Source: Octopus sinensis (taxonomy: Eukaryota). Taken from it: DNA of 64,000 nucleotides. Where the stretch lies: the NCBI RefSeq assembly GCF_006345805.1, contig NW_021834639.1, forward strand, positions 5,661 through 69,660, written 5' to 3'. This document shows, piece by piece, positions 1 to 13,920 of this stretch (its first letter is position 1; each line of letters begins with the position of its first letter). Below the pieces are notes generated by a model that worked only from the letters and a program-made list of their open reading frames with translations, was not told where the DNA came from and did not search any database. Position numbers and translations under genes: made by a program.

Positions 1-433
1 GATAAACAGCACATGACCTTGCAGGTGGGGCCCAGTTAGAATTTTCTTCAGGTTGAGTAGCCCATCCCGCTCAAACGGTCCTTGAATAAGGGTTGCTTAA
101 GGATGTTGAAAGAACCACCCATGTTTCCAGAGGTGAACTATTCAACCCCAAAGAATCCCTCTCAACACATGGCTATGATGCTCCCCCACTACTTCTGCTC
201 GTGATCAGAGATGCACATATCGTCAGCCACTAAGGGACATGCTCAACTGGTTAAGGTCAAACAACTGACCAGCAAATCTGTGGTATTGAGCAGAATATTG
301 CTGTAGCCCATCTTTTATACCAAGACAAAACAACGTACATGATAACACTTCCAATCAGTTAAGATCAGAAGCCATGAGAGCACTGCCTGGTACTGCATCA
401 GGGCATTTATTATTATTATTATTATTATTATTA

Positions 434-474
<41 letters not shown>

Positions 475-483
475 TATTATTAA
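1..483. mobile_element. Partial interspersed repeat ending in an (ATT)n tract (about 408-483); possibly related to TAA-targeting R4/Dong non-LTR elements
   Basis: Balanced-GC unique sequence abutting a long (ATT)n run; resembles a recalled octopus repeat flanked by (AAT)n; no protein motif recognised. Confidence 0.35.
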
Positions 484-691
484 GTGGGCTATTCGCAATT
501 TAGAAACGATAGGCAACAAGCACAGTTCTCACTAAGTGACGGAGGATGCTAGTAAGCACCAGCACCTTTTTAACGGCTGTCAAGGAAGGCTACTTCACTT
601 GTCAGCCGTTAGAAAAGGGTTCTTACGTGACTTAAAGTTGATTTGGCTCTTATTTCTAGCAATGGTGTGCATACTTGCATCCTCCGTCACT

Positions 692-920
692 TGTGAGTGA
701 ATTTGGTTGAGGGAAACTGAAAGAAGCTCGTCGTGCATATGTGTGTGTGTGTGTGTGCTTGCATCTGTGTTTGTTTCCCTTACCATCGCTTGACAACCGA
801 TGCTGGTGTGTTTATATCCCCGTAACTTTGCAGCTCTGCAAAAGAGAGCGATAGAATAAGTACTAGGCTTACAAAGAATAAGTCTTGGGGTTAATTTGTT
901 CGATTAAAACCCCTTAAGGT
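692..920 (+). mobile_element. SINE family B, 3' two-thirds
   Basis: Matches the full copy at 16915-17314: cttgtgagtgaatttgg..gaaactgaaagaagc, (TG)n, gacaaccgatgctggtgtg, gatagaataagtactaggcttacaaagaataag. Confidence 0.8.
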
Positions 921-936
921 GATCCATACATACACG

Positions 937-968
<32 letters not shown>

Positions 969-1034
969 CACATACATAAGATGGATAGGTAGATAGATAG
1001 GTGAACAGATACACAGACAGACAGACAGACAGAC

Positions 1035-1086
<52 letters not shown>

Positions 1087-1114
1087 TGACAGACAAACAG
1101 ACAGGTATCTTTCA

Positions 1115-1400
1115 TGCATTTCTTGTTTCACTGGACTGTCATCATCCTGGGGCACCGTCTTAAAGCGCTTAGTTGAATAAAGCGATCGCAGCATATACGT
1201 ATTTTGTTGTCATCCTGGTTCTCATTCTGTCGGTCTCGCATTGCCGAATCGTGACGGGATTCAACACATTTTTCCATCTACCAAATTCATAGAGAAGACA
1301 TTCGTCTGTTCGGGACCATAGTAGAAGATACATGTCCAAGGTGCCGCACACTGGGACCGAACCGAGAACCCAGACTGCTAACAAAGCTTCTTAACCATAT
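1115..1400 (-). mobile_element. SINE family B, degenerate copy
   Basis: tttcactggactg..atcctggggcaccgtctt (reverse tail) and ccaaggtgccgcac..gggaccgaacc (reverse head). Confidence 0.55.
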
Positions 1401-1789
1401 AAAACGTGCATGCAAATGTACAAGTGGTTGATTCCGTGCGGTCAATACTGGAATATCATTAAGCATAGGTTTGCTGAATCCTGCCTGACCTGGGGTTAAA
1501 CAGCGACAGCGACATTCAGTGAAATAAAAATTTGATGGCCAGTGTACAGACACGACCTGGCTGAACATCAAAGATATATGATACATCGGAACCTCTCTGC
1601 ACTCACAAGCATTAACAGTGCAGTGCAGTGCAGCGCGGTGCAGCGCAGTGCAATGCAGTGCAAAACTGAATGTATGAGGCAGTGCAAGTTAAGTGCACCA
1701 GTTGACATACGATTGATGCTCGGTGTACACGTTAAGTTATTGATTCCTCTAATGTGCATCGGCTTTATACACCCAATCACGTACTCGTA

Positions 1790-1910
1790 CAAGTATATAT
1801 ATATACACATTATAGGCAAACACACTGAGGAATATTACGGGGATAGGAACACATGTGTGGAGGGAGAGAAAAAGACACACACACCCTGTCAGAGACAGAG
1901 GCATTGATAT

Positions 1911-1961
<51 letters not shown>

Positions 1962-2570
1962 ATGTGTGTATAAATATATATATATATATTTTATTGCGCA
2001 GTATATATATATACTCACACACATATATATATACACAGTCGAAGAAAAGACATATACATACGTACATTCATGCATACATACATACATACATACATACATA
2101 AATACATGCACGCATACACACATATATGCATACATACATACATACATACATACATACATACATACATACATACATAAATACATGCACGCACGCACACATA
2201 CATAAATACATACATACATACATACATACATCATACATACATACATACATACATACATGCACGCATACACACATACATGCATACATACATACATACATAC
2301 ATACATACATACATAAATACATGCACGCATACACACATATATGCATACATACATACATACATACATACATAAATACATACATACATACATATGCATACAT
2401 ACATACAGTATAAAGACACAAACACACAGATAAGCAGAGACATGCATTCACACTTCGTGCTCGTATGCATACGGATACACACAGACACACACACACACAC
2501 ACACACACAAACACGCACACACACACACACATACACACAAACGCACACACACACACACACGCATAGGCAC
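1790..2570. repeat. Compound microsatellite (TA)n/(TG)n/(TACA)n/(CA)n
   Basis: Directly visible; explains the MYVC/HTYI ORFs. Confidence 0.95.
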
Positions 2571-3395
2571 TATACATCTACTATGCGTCTTTTAATCAGA
2601 TGAAATCAACAATGTGTATGTATGTATGCATCTATGTATGCATGCATGTATGTACGTATGTATGCATGCATATATGTATATATATGTATATATAAACCAG
2701 CTTTGGTTTACTTATATCGGTCTCTTTGTCCTTTCCGTTAATCGTCGTACAAGTCCACCACGATTTGAGCTTTCATTTCTAACGTTCATAATCTTATTCT
2801 TCGTGGTAAATCATTTGTTTTCTCTTGCTGTGACACACTCTCTCTCCCCTTCTTCCTCTCTTTCTCCCTCTCTCTCTCACTCTCTGATATCCACCACTCC
2901 TTCTTGTCAGCCTTTTGCCTAGCGAACGTTGCTCTGACCAACACGTGTCCAATATTTCTCTCTGTTCAGGTGGTCTACTGAAACAAAAGTCGAAAGACAC
3001 CGTTTCTACTCGGTATCCTTTGTTCTTGCTTTTTTGTTTCAGTCTTTTGTTTCAGTCTTTTGTTTCTATTTTCTTTGTTTTCAGGCGTCAGATTTGCTTT
3101 GTGTGAACCCTGACAGTCGAAAATACCAACTTATTTCCAGACGAAAAAATATTAACTTCTCCCAGGCGCCGAAATCATAATGATTCTTTCTGGTAAAACA
3201 TTGGCTGATGAAAGGTATTTATCCACGACAGGCTTTTGGCCTTTTCCTTAATTGTCATACACGTCTTTCGTCATTATTTTGATTACACACACACACACAC
3301 ACATACAAACATGCAAATCGCGCTTATACGAACGATAGCAATGAAACTATGAAACTTCAGTTTCTTATCAAGTCTAACATGCCAGATGTCTCTCA

Positions 3396-3431
<36 letters not shown>

Positions 3432-4679
3432 CTTTCTATCTCTCCTTCTGCCTCTCTCCCTCTTCTTTCCCTCGACACATTGTATGTATGTGTTTTCTTT
3501 GATATTGTCTGCAACAAAGCATTTCCCAGTGACTCACACATTACTTCTTTACTTTTATCGTTTGCAATAGCGGCAACGTGAAACTAGGAGTTATTATTCA
3601 AGAAACTTCAACTTTATATATTTTTTATTGCCCACAGGGAGCTAAACAAAGACAGACAAAGGGATTAAGTCGATTAAAGATACCGATGGAATAAGTACCA
3701 GAATGGAAAAAAAATTAATTATTGTCTCGATTAGTTCGACTAAAACTCTTCAAGACGATGCTCCAGCATGAGCGCAATCTAATGACTGAAACAAGAAAAA
3801 GATAGTAAATATCTATTCGGCGGTGGGTCAGCCTGATCGGTGCTGGGTCGGCACAACCTGTTGCGACCTCTTGCTCGCCGTGCTTAACATTCTCATTTCA
3901 AATCTCACTGAAGTAGACATTACTCGTAGTCCTTCCTGCATTGATGAAATAATGTACCAGTCATTAACGGAGGTCCGCTCACCCTATACTGCTACCATTC
4001 ATCATGGGTGGCCACGTAATCATAACAGAAGACGAGAGTATGCACGAGAGATAAGGGAAGTGGTGAGAGTATATATGTAGAGAGAGAGGAAGTGGGTGAA
4101 ATATAAGATGGCGTGTTATTGTGTTGCTGCCATTACGGTTGTTGTCTTTGATCTTGTGACTGTTATTGTTGTTGTTGTTGTTGTTGTTGCAGCTGTTGTT
4201 GATGTTCTTGTTGCTCCCGCTTAAGTTGTTATTGTTATTGTTGCTGTTGTTGTTGTTGTTCTTATTGATGATTTTATTGGTTTTGCTGTTGTTTTTGTTG
4301 TTGTTGTTAATGTAAATAATGTTGATATTGTTCTTGGTACCAGTATTGTTTTTTTAGCCCCAGGCAACCCTTATCGAACAAAGTTCAGATCAAAGACATT
4401 CCAACCATAGACAACCTCCCCTCCCACCACCACCACCAACACCACCTTACTTCTGTTCCAGACAGGGTATCTATGGATCACGTTATTCAATAGACCCCCC
4501 CCTTTTTTTTAGTCAATCGTCTGAAGAATATTTGGCTGCTATCTCTAGCAGCTTGCTGTTTGTGATATACAGCGGGTGAGTACAGAAAGTGACTCAGTAT
4601 GTAATTAGAGAAGTCGTGTCAGCGTGACCCTGATTGGGTGTCAGCGAAATATGGATGGGGATCTTGGGACTTTTTTCTA

Positions 4680-4912
4680 AACATACTCACGCATTCACAC
4701 GCACGCACACGCGTACGCACACACACACACATGTACATGCATGCACGCACACACAAACATTGATGGTCACACATACACAAATACTCATACACACACATTA
4801 CATCGACACATTCACTCACATACAGACACATACACATCAACACAGAGACATAAACGCATACACACACACACATACAGAAAATGATATAGTCTCACACATA
4901 CACACACACACA

Positions 4913-4953
<41 letters not shown>

Positions 4954-5209
4954 CTTTTCTCTCTCTCTTTCTCTCTCTCTTCCATCTTTCTCTTTCTCTC
5001 TTTCTCTCTTCTCTCTCTAAACATTACAATACACAGACTGTTACGCGGACAACCTCGCAAACACACACACACACACACACACATACACACACACACACAT
5101 ACACACACACATACATACACACACACACACATACACACACACACACACACATAGACGCATGCTCATAGCATACACATTACATATTACTTGTCTATACACA
5201 GATTCCCAT

Positions 5210-5241
<32 letters not shown>

Positions 5242-5275
5242 CACACACACACACAAACAAACAAACAAACAAACA
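4680..5275. repeat. (CA)n/(CT)n compound microsatellite
   Basis: Directly visible. Confidence 0.95.
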
Positions 5276-5504
5276 CTTCACATCATACGTACTGCATCTT
5301 GAAAAACGCGCCTGTATCTATAGAAACCGATGCACGCGTTTATAGACTGAGCCACGTGCAGGCACACTATCCAGCGATGTATACATTCACGTAACACACG
5401 CAGCGCCACCTATATACACACTGTCGGAGTAAGACGGACGTGCTTCTACGCACCAACTTTATTATCAACGTCATCAAAGAATATTGCCTTGGGAATGTGT
5501 TCTT

Positions 5505-6710
5505 TTTATCATCATTATCACAATAAAACAACACTATCATCGTCAGCATCATCATCATCGTCATCGTTACCATCATCATCTTCATCATCACTATTATCAT
5601 CATCATCACTATCATCATCATCACCACTATCATCATCATTATCGTCACCATCGTCATCATCATCACTATCATCCTCTTCATCATCATCATCATCATCATC
5701 GTCGTTACCATCGTCATCAGCATCATCATGATCACCACCGACACCATCACCGACAACAACAGCAATATCACCATCAGCATCATTATCGTTATCATCGTCA
5801 CCACTACCGCCGCCGCCGCCAACACAACCACCATCATCGCCACCACCACCACCATTACCATCATCATGATTAGCATCGCCACCACTACCATCACCATCAT
5901 CATCGTCACCATCGTCATCTTCATCACCACCGACACCACCAAAAACAACAATAGCAACAACACCATCAGCATCATTATCATTATCATCGTCACCACCACC
6001 GCCGCTGCCGCCTCCACAACCAGTATCATCTTCACCACCACCACCACCACCACTACCACCATCGTCTTTAACAATCCTCATCGTGATCAGGATCAACATT
6101 ACAACCGCCATTATCATCATCATCATGCGCATCATCACTACTATCGCCATTATTGTCATCGTCATCACCGTGCGTGAACTCATCGTCATCACCATCATCA
6201 TCATCATCATCATTATCATCATCATCATCATCATCATCATCGTCGACGTCGTCGTTGTCATCATCATTATCACTGTCACCACCAACACCACAACCATCAG
6301 CACCACCAGCAATGCAATCATCATCATCACCATCATAACATCACTTTCGCCAATTCTTTTATCACCGCCATCACCAACACTGCAACTACCAGCGCCACCA
6401 CCAACACCACTACCACCACCACAACCACCGCCATACCACAACCATCATCAACGTCACCTACACCACCACCACCACCGCCGCCACTACTACTATCAACACC
6501 ACCGCTACCTCCAACAACCACCACCACCACCACCACCACCACCGCCATACCACAACCATCATCAACGTCACCTACACCACCACCGCCACCACCACCACCG
6601 CCGCCAGTATCACCATCACCACTACTACTACTATCAACACCACCGCTACCTCCAACCACCACCACAACCACCACCACCACCACCACCATCACTGCCGCCG
6701 ACATGATTAT
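5505..6710. repeat. Mixed trinucleotide tract (CAT/CAC/ACC)n with internal higher-order duplications
   Basis: About 1.2 kb triplet mosaic; block ccgccataccacaaccatcatcaacgtcacctacaccacc occurs twice (about 6427 and 6541). Confidence 0.9.
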
Positions 6711-7179
6711 TGTTCAACTCCACCAGTCTACATCCGCCACATTGTACGTTCTGATTCTCCATTTTCTATTCTTGGAATATATTTGGTCTGGAATCTTGTT
6801 TTGGAATTGCTAAATCGTTGCTCTTGCTTTCTGATCGAGTCATTCTAACACATACACACATTGTTACCAGGATAATGGTTCCAGCAAAGATATTACTTCG
6901 TCAATTTCAAGCAAATCACGTCTTGTTTGTTCTACTCCGAGGCTTTATTGAGTAAGGCGTGACGTCATAGGTCATACATTGTATTCCAGATTCGTAGAGT
7001 AAGTACGAGTGTGAGTTGCCAACAGATGGCTTATCTCGGTTGGCCAATTAACATTCTTGCAGATTCGTTCTTGTGCGCAGGAAGCGAGAAATAACCCAGA
7101 AGACAGAGGGCTTTCACTGCCAACAGATAGGTCAGCAGATCGAACCGTGTGTGTGACACTGGATGAAGTATTGCTTCTT

Positions 7180-7461
7180 CCTCGCCACCACTTCCACCAC
7201 CACCTCCACCACTATCATCATCATCATCATCATCGTCGTCGTCATCATCATCATCATTAGCATCATCATCATCATCATCATCATTATCATCGTCGTCGTC
7301 GTCGTCATCAGCATCATCATCATCATCATCATTATCATCATCATCATCATTATCATCGTCGTCGTCGTCATCAACATCATCATCATCATCATCATCACCG
7401 TCGTCATCATCATCATCGTCATCATCATCATCATTATCATCATCGTCGTCGTCGTCATCAA

Positions 7462-7493
<32 letters not shown>

Positions 7494-7600
7494 CCGTCGT
7501 CATCATCATCATCGTCGTCATCGTCATCATTACGACCATCGATATCGACGTTATCATCGTCGTCGTCGTCAGCGCCTTCGTCAGCGCCGCCATCAGCAGC
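7180..7600. repeat. (CAT/CGT)n trinucleotide tract
   Basis: Directly visible. Confidence 0.95.
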
Positions 7601-7854
7601 AAGACCGTCTTCACTGTTTCCCTCCCAGTGTCAGGTGGAGACAAACAATTTCTGCAGGCAGAAGACACACAAAATCTGACAGGTGATTACTTAATTAGCA
7701 GGGCGGAGTTCAAACCACCTGTGACCCTGTTCAATCGTTACATTGTATGTACACGCGCGCAAAACACACGCACACACACATATAACGTATATATGTTTAT
7801 ACACACAGATATGCATGTATACATACACATATATATATACATATTATATGCATG

Positions 7855-7886
<32 letters not shown>

Positions 7887-7913
7887 TATACACACACATA
7901 TACATGTGTCTGC

Positions 7914-7945
<32 letters not shown>

Positions 7946-8456
7946 TTGCATGTATATATGTGTGTATGTGTGTGTAAATGTGTACATATATGTGTGCGTA
8001 GATGTACTTTAACATTTAATCATTTGCATACACACGTAGGTAAATACGTATGCATATGTATATGTATACTTATATATATATATACACCCAATTATATTGT
8101 ATAATTATTCTGCACCTACAGAAATGTATACATACATACGTACACACACACACATACATATATACATATACATACATAGAGTACAGGTGAGTACTCTGTA
8201 GGAGGTTCTATTTAAATAGACATGCTTCCTTCTTCCCTTTTTTCCTTCTTCTTCTTCTTTTATGCGTTTCATATCCGCCGGTGTTTTTGTGTCGACGCAC
8301 ATTATATCTTGTAAGTAAAACCACCAGTTTTGATCTTACTGTCTTTCATCGAATGCCAATCCACGAAGAACGATGGAGGAACTTGTAGGAAACTAGCTGC
8401 CTGGTTGGCCGGTCTGTTGGTTGGTTGGCTGGTTGCGTGGTTGAGAAACGACAAGT

Positions 8457-8475
8457 GCACCCCTAGAGGGCGCTA
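8457..8475 (+). promoter_or_regulatory. CTCF-like motif GCACCCCTAGAGGGCGCTA
   Basis: Good match to the bilaterian CTCF core (CCACYAGRKGGCGCTA); outside any recognised repeat. Confidence 0.4.
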
Positions 8476-9147
8476 TGATATTTTGCACTAATTGACATAT
8501 TTATTTCCTTCTATTCAATCTCCTCGTTGCCCTTACCCGATCGTTCCAGTCTATTCTTCGCTGTATACTAACTCTCCTTCCGAAATTTTTCTCTCTTATT
8601 TTTTTTTTCCCTTCCTTGTTTCTTTTTTCTTTTGTTTTTAGTTCATTTTTTTTTTTTTTTTTTTTCATTTTTTGTTTATATATTTATTAGTTTTATTTAT
8701 TCGTTCATACATTTTTTTTTAATTTTTTAATTTTTTTTTTTTAAGACAACACAAATTACCTTTCGGAAAGGAATTGGGGAAAAATAAATAAATACTTAAA
8801 TATAAAAGAAATATATTGAAAAGAAAGAAAGAAAGAAGGGAAAGTGGGGGAAAGAAAAGGTTTGGAAAAGAAAGAGGAAAGGCAGAGAGAAAGGGCGAAA
8901 GGTATAACTGTACAAGAAATGACAAACAAAAAAAAAAGAAAAAAAGAAAAAATAAATAATTGAAATAACAAACAGAACGAAAATAAAAACAACAATGGCG
9001 ACGAGAAAAACAAGGAAAAGTAAACTAAAATAGTGAATCGATAATGAAGATAATAAACTTCATAAGATATTGGTGTGTCTGCACTTGGCGACACTGCTAG
9101 ACTTTATAATGTTACCGGCGTTCGCTTTTACCTCGGTGCGTTTTCGC

Positions 9148-9216
<69 letters not shown>

Positions 9217-9594
9217 TCTCTTTCTCTCCCCCTCTCTTATTCATAATCTTTCCTCTTAACTTTCACTTTCACTTTCGCTATGACATTTTATATTTTCATT
9301 TTCGGCTTTTCCTTTTTTCCTCTTGTATGTTTAGCACTTGTTAGCTTGCCCTTTTTTTTTTTTTCTTCTTCTTCTCTCTGTATATTTACTTCCACCGCTC
9401 GCTGAACTATGGATGACTATAACTACTGCACTGACATCAATGATACCTCTTCCCACTCTCTTGCAACCACTTCCAATTCTTCCATAACTTTCAGCCTCTT
9501 TCCCAATACATTATGCATCGATACGCATTTTCCATGCATATATTCTTGCGTAAACACGTTGATTAAACCTTCTCCCCTCCAAAAACAAACTTTA

Positions 9595-9775
9595 ATTATG
9601 TGTATATACATATGACATATGCACACCAGTATATACACACACACATACATACATATACATGCACATATATACATACACATATATACACATATACATACAT
9701 ATATATAGATACACGCATACATACATACATACATACATATATGTATATATATATGAAAAAACAAGTCAAAATAGA

Positions 9776-9806
<31 letters not shown>

Positions 9807-9910
9807 CATACATACATACACCAGTATATACACACACACATACATACATATACATGCACATATATACATACACATATATACACATATACATACATATATA
9901 TAGATACACG

Positions 9911-9941
<31 letters not shown>

Positions 9942-9978
9942 GTATATATATATATATATGAAAAAACAAGTCAAAATA

Positions 9979-10019
<41 letters not shown>

Positions 10020-10150
10020 CATACATACATATATACATACATACATACATATATACACTCATGCATATATACAAACATATATATATATATATACATATAC
10101 ATACATATATACACCCCATACATGCGCACGCTCTGTGTGTGTGTGTGCGT
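9595..10150. repeat. (TACA/TA)n mosaic with a tandemly duplicated unit of about 200 bp
   Basis: Anchors caccagtata (about 9624, 9819) and gaaaaaacaagtcaaaatagaat (about 9755, 9960) each occur twice. Confidence 0.85.
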
Positions 10151-11624
10151 ATGCAAATATATAATATGAAATATAAACATACTTGAACGAAATGACACGT
10201 GGAAATACAGATATCAGAATAAATAAATACATAAATGTTCCATTGTATTGTTCCTCTCGATATGAATCATGATTCTTGGAGCTGTAAGCAAATGAAATCA
10301 TGCAGCCGTACCTCGGTGTCTTCGACGAGCAATAGAAAGGCTAGTTAGATAAAATCACTGATTTTTTACACGCTGCTATACCACAAAGTGGCACCAGGGT
10401 ATATAATCTATCGAAATGTTAAATGTTTTTTTTTAGAAATACAAAACAAAAACAGCATATCTACATGTAAAAGTTTGTGGTAAAGAAATTGAGAGGTTAT
10501 AAAGAGGCATGTATAGCAAAGATAGGCAAACATGATTCCAAATATAACGAGAATATTTCTTCGTGTAAAGCTTTAGTAAAGTTTGCTATTAAAAAGTGAA
10601 TAAATACAATTTCTACGTCTCAAATATAATCAATATCTATGAAGCTGAAATGCGAAAAGTTTGTTTGTTTCATTTTGGGATTGGTACGGGTTAAAGGGCA
10701 CTAGATGGGATCGGATTGGCTCCAAAATTTACAGAGACATGTAAAAAGAGGTAAGGAAGTGAGTGGACTAGGTTAGAAACCCCTATCCCAAAAGCTGTGG
10801 TTACTAGGGCAACAAAACCCACACTTTGACAAATGTTTGTCGTTTCTCACTTTCGGATATCACCCTCTCTTCCTCGATCTCTCTCTTTCCTCCCTTCCCT
10901 CCATATTCTCTCTATAACGACGTTCGACAGCTTCGCCGTCTTTCTGTCACTATTTCCCCCACCACCAATCTCACTGTACGTCTGTCTGTATCTGTAGAGA
11001 GAAAGCGTTGACAGTCACAAAAGTTTAAATATCCCGCTAATCTTAATATATTATCGTCATCAACCCCAAGACATTAGTGACGGTAATCAATATCTATAAA
11101 GCTGAAATGCGAAAAAGTTGTTTGATTTCTTGGTTATTTGTTCCATTTTAGGATGGGAACGGTTTAAGGGGCAGTTTCTCATTTTTACGTATTTTTGCCA
11201 TTTATTTTTTATTGTTTACTGGTTTCATTTTTTCTGAAAGAAATTTACAGCTGCGTGTAGCCCGTGTTTAGAGCTTTCATTTACATGGTCAATCGTCGAA
11301 AAATTCCCAAAATTAGTACTAAATTTAACAAAGAAATCCTTTTTCTCCTTATTTTTAATCGATTGAATAGTGGCACGTACAAAAGGCCATGGGGCTTTCC
11401 GTTGTCACTGCCTGATATTTATGATTGATCTTTCAAAATATTTTGTTTCTGATCTTACTCAAGATCTTTTGTTTTTTTATAAATGGGAAAGAGATAGATA
11501 GGGAGTAAGAGAAAGCGAGGTAGAGTCCGAGAGAAAAGAAGAGTAAGAGAGTGGGAAAGTGAGAGAGAAATGAGAGAGAAATAAAGAGGGAGAACGTGGC
11601 GATAAGAAACAGAAAGTAACAACC

Positions 11625-11790
11625 ACACACTAACCCGCGCGTAGAGCAGGTCACCTTAACCAAAGAGACTGATAGAATAAGTACAAGGCGTTTTAAAAAA
11701 ATAAATACTGGGATCGACTCATTTGGCGAAAATTTCTTCAAGACAATGCCCCAGCTTGGCCGCAGTCCAATGACTGAAACAAATAAAGCA
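11625..11790 (+). mobile_element. SINE family B, 3' part
   Basis: gagactgatagaataagtac..actgggatcgac..ccagc.tggccgcagtccaatgactgaaacaa. Confidence 0.7.
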
Positions 11791-12270
11791 TATAGGCGTT
11801 TTTTAAAAACTAAATTAACATATCATTAAAAATTACTTTTAAGTGGGCAGTTATAAATCGCAGTTCTTTAAATGAATTTATATGCTTCCATTTCCGAAAT
11901 TCTCAGTTTCTCTTTTTTTTATCTTTCTAGGTTAAAAACCATTAGCCTGGTACAAACTACCTGATTTAAAAGGAAATTTATCGTATACGCCGAGTCCTTC
12001 GCTCCCAAGCTCACATGAACGGTATTCGCTTTATTTTACATTTTTATTTTAAGAACAAGATTTTTTTCAATAAAATCTTTATGAATGTGTTTGAAGACGG
12101 TGGTGATTTTAGCAGTGTTAATGGCATCGTCAAAGATAGATTTGGTGGTAAATGGTTAATAATGGAATATATCAGTCGGAAAAAAGTTAGTATTTGCTTC
12201 TATTCTGGATAAAATTAAATCAATCAATTACGAAGATTATATAGTTTTGTAAGAGTGGAGATAATAACAG

Positions 12271-12490
12271 AAGGCGAGGCGCTGGCAGAATTGTTAGCAA
12301 ACTGGGAGCAATGCTTAGCGGCATTTCGACCGTCTTTACGTTTTGAGTCCAAATTCCGCCGAGGTTGACTTTGCCTTTCATCCTTTCGGCGTTGATAAAA
12401 TAAGTATCAGTTGGACAGTATAGTCGAGGTGATCGATTTGTCCTCTTCGCCGAAATTTCTCACCTTGTGCCGAAATTTGAAACTAATATT
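12271..12490 (+). mobile_element. tRNA-derived SINE family A
   Basis: Head aaggcgaggcgctggcagaa, B-box-like gagtccaaattcc, core gactttgcctttcatcctttcggcgttgataaaataagtatcag. Confidence 0.8.
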
Positions 12491-12599
12491 GGCCTAATTG
12501 TAGAACTAATTGTAGATTTGCTACTTCAAAGGGTTGTTTTATAAAGATGTATGAATTATATCTGTGTTCCTGGTGAGTTGGTTGCAATACATTTTACAG

Positions 12600-13060
12600 A
12601 TGAGCTGACTGTATTTTAAATAGATAAGTAGATTTTACCTTGTTTTGTATTTTGAGATCGACATTGAAATAAAAATGTGGTGAGATTGTTTGTCCAATTG
12701 ATAAACGGTTTTCGACTAAACGGATTTCATAAAAATATAATCGCTACTCTTTATCTTGTTCATGTCTCTACAGAGGTCTTTTTACAAAGTATTTTCGCTG
12801 TTTTTTCTTAAGGGATTAGCCATTTTAAAAAGGTGGGAGAATAATGTTGGGAAAGGTCACTTAATAGTTTTTAGCCCATGAGTATTTCAAACAAAAATAA
12901 CTTCCATCTGATCCGTTTAATAACATTTACTGCTTTCTTTACATTTCTGATGAGATTTTCGTTGCGGAATTGGGATATTCTTTGGCAGGGAAGGTATATA
13001 TGAATGGATTATATCTTGTTTGGTTTCAGTGTATATCAAAAGAGATCAACTATTCAAAGG
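12600..13060 (-). mobile_element. Degenerate Penelope-like retroelement, N-terminal/RT-proximal region
   Basis: Minus-strand translation gives KNIPIP (about 12965-12982), VNVIKRIRWKLFCL (about 12890-12930) and FMKSV*SKTVYQLDK, matching the recalled PLE motifs KNIPIP..IKRMRWKAFF..ADKT; stops and frameshifts present. Confidence 0.65.
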
Positions 13061-13737
13061 AGCTTGTATATCAATGCTAGCGTTGTTAATGAGTGAATGG
13101 TAACAACCGCATTCTCATGAAAGAAATCAACTCATAATTGCTTTATGAAAAGACGTTGATTGCGACTTCATATTTCACCAGTCTTGAGGCTTGTACAAAC
13201 AACGAATTAAGAGGCAGAATTTGTTGGCGATTTCATGGGTGATACGTGGGTGGGATGAGGATATTGTTAATAAGGCACGGTGGTAGTTAGACAATTGAGT
13301 GTTTTTATATGGTAGAAGTATTTGAAATGTAGTCTTTGAAATGGATGGATTAGAAGTGAATGTATGAAGAGATGCTACATAAAAAAGATTACACACATAA
13401 TCACGCGCACACAACAAATATACACATGCATATATATGAGTATATATAAATTTCTAGTGTAGTATTCATAGAATCGTGTGGCTATTACAGAAAGCTCCTC
13501 TAGCAGACTCGGCTAGCAAACCACATAATAATCCAAAACGGAGGAATGAAGTGTAGAGCGCTATGCAGCTGTAAACTCGGAGATCCAATCGATGAGATTG
13601 TTTCATGAGGAGTATTATAAACCATAAAAAGTCAGAGGGTATGAGAGATGAAAATATTTATTTCACCACTTGTCATTCTTAGGATTACGGTCGGTTCGCA
13701 ACCAACGTCATGTAAAAAATAATAATTATTGTTTCTA

Positions 13738-13920
13738 CACTAGGCACAAGGCCTTGAAAGTTTTTGAGGAAGAGGTTAGTTGATTACATCGACCCCTGTG
13801 CATAACTGGTACTTATTGAATCGACCCCGAAAGGATGAAAGTCAAAGTCGACCTCGACGGCGTTTGAACTCAGAACGTAGCGACTGACGAAATAATGCTA
13901 AGCATTTCGCCAGGCGTGCT

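Noticed and set aside
5400-5415. Partial CTCF-like TAGGTGGCGC motifs (also near 21970 and 51143)
   Set aside because: They lack the 5' CC(A/G)C part of the core; too weak to call.
8122-8192. Exon ending in a perfect CAG|GTGAGT donor
   Set aside because: The 65-nt body is mostly (TACA)n microsatellite; at most a cryptic exon.
10225-10290. REEQYNGTF peptide resembling the IgG Fc glycosylation motif
   Set aside because: Short chance match in an ORF that runs into microsatellite; no Ig-fold context and implausible for this lineage.
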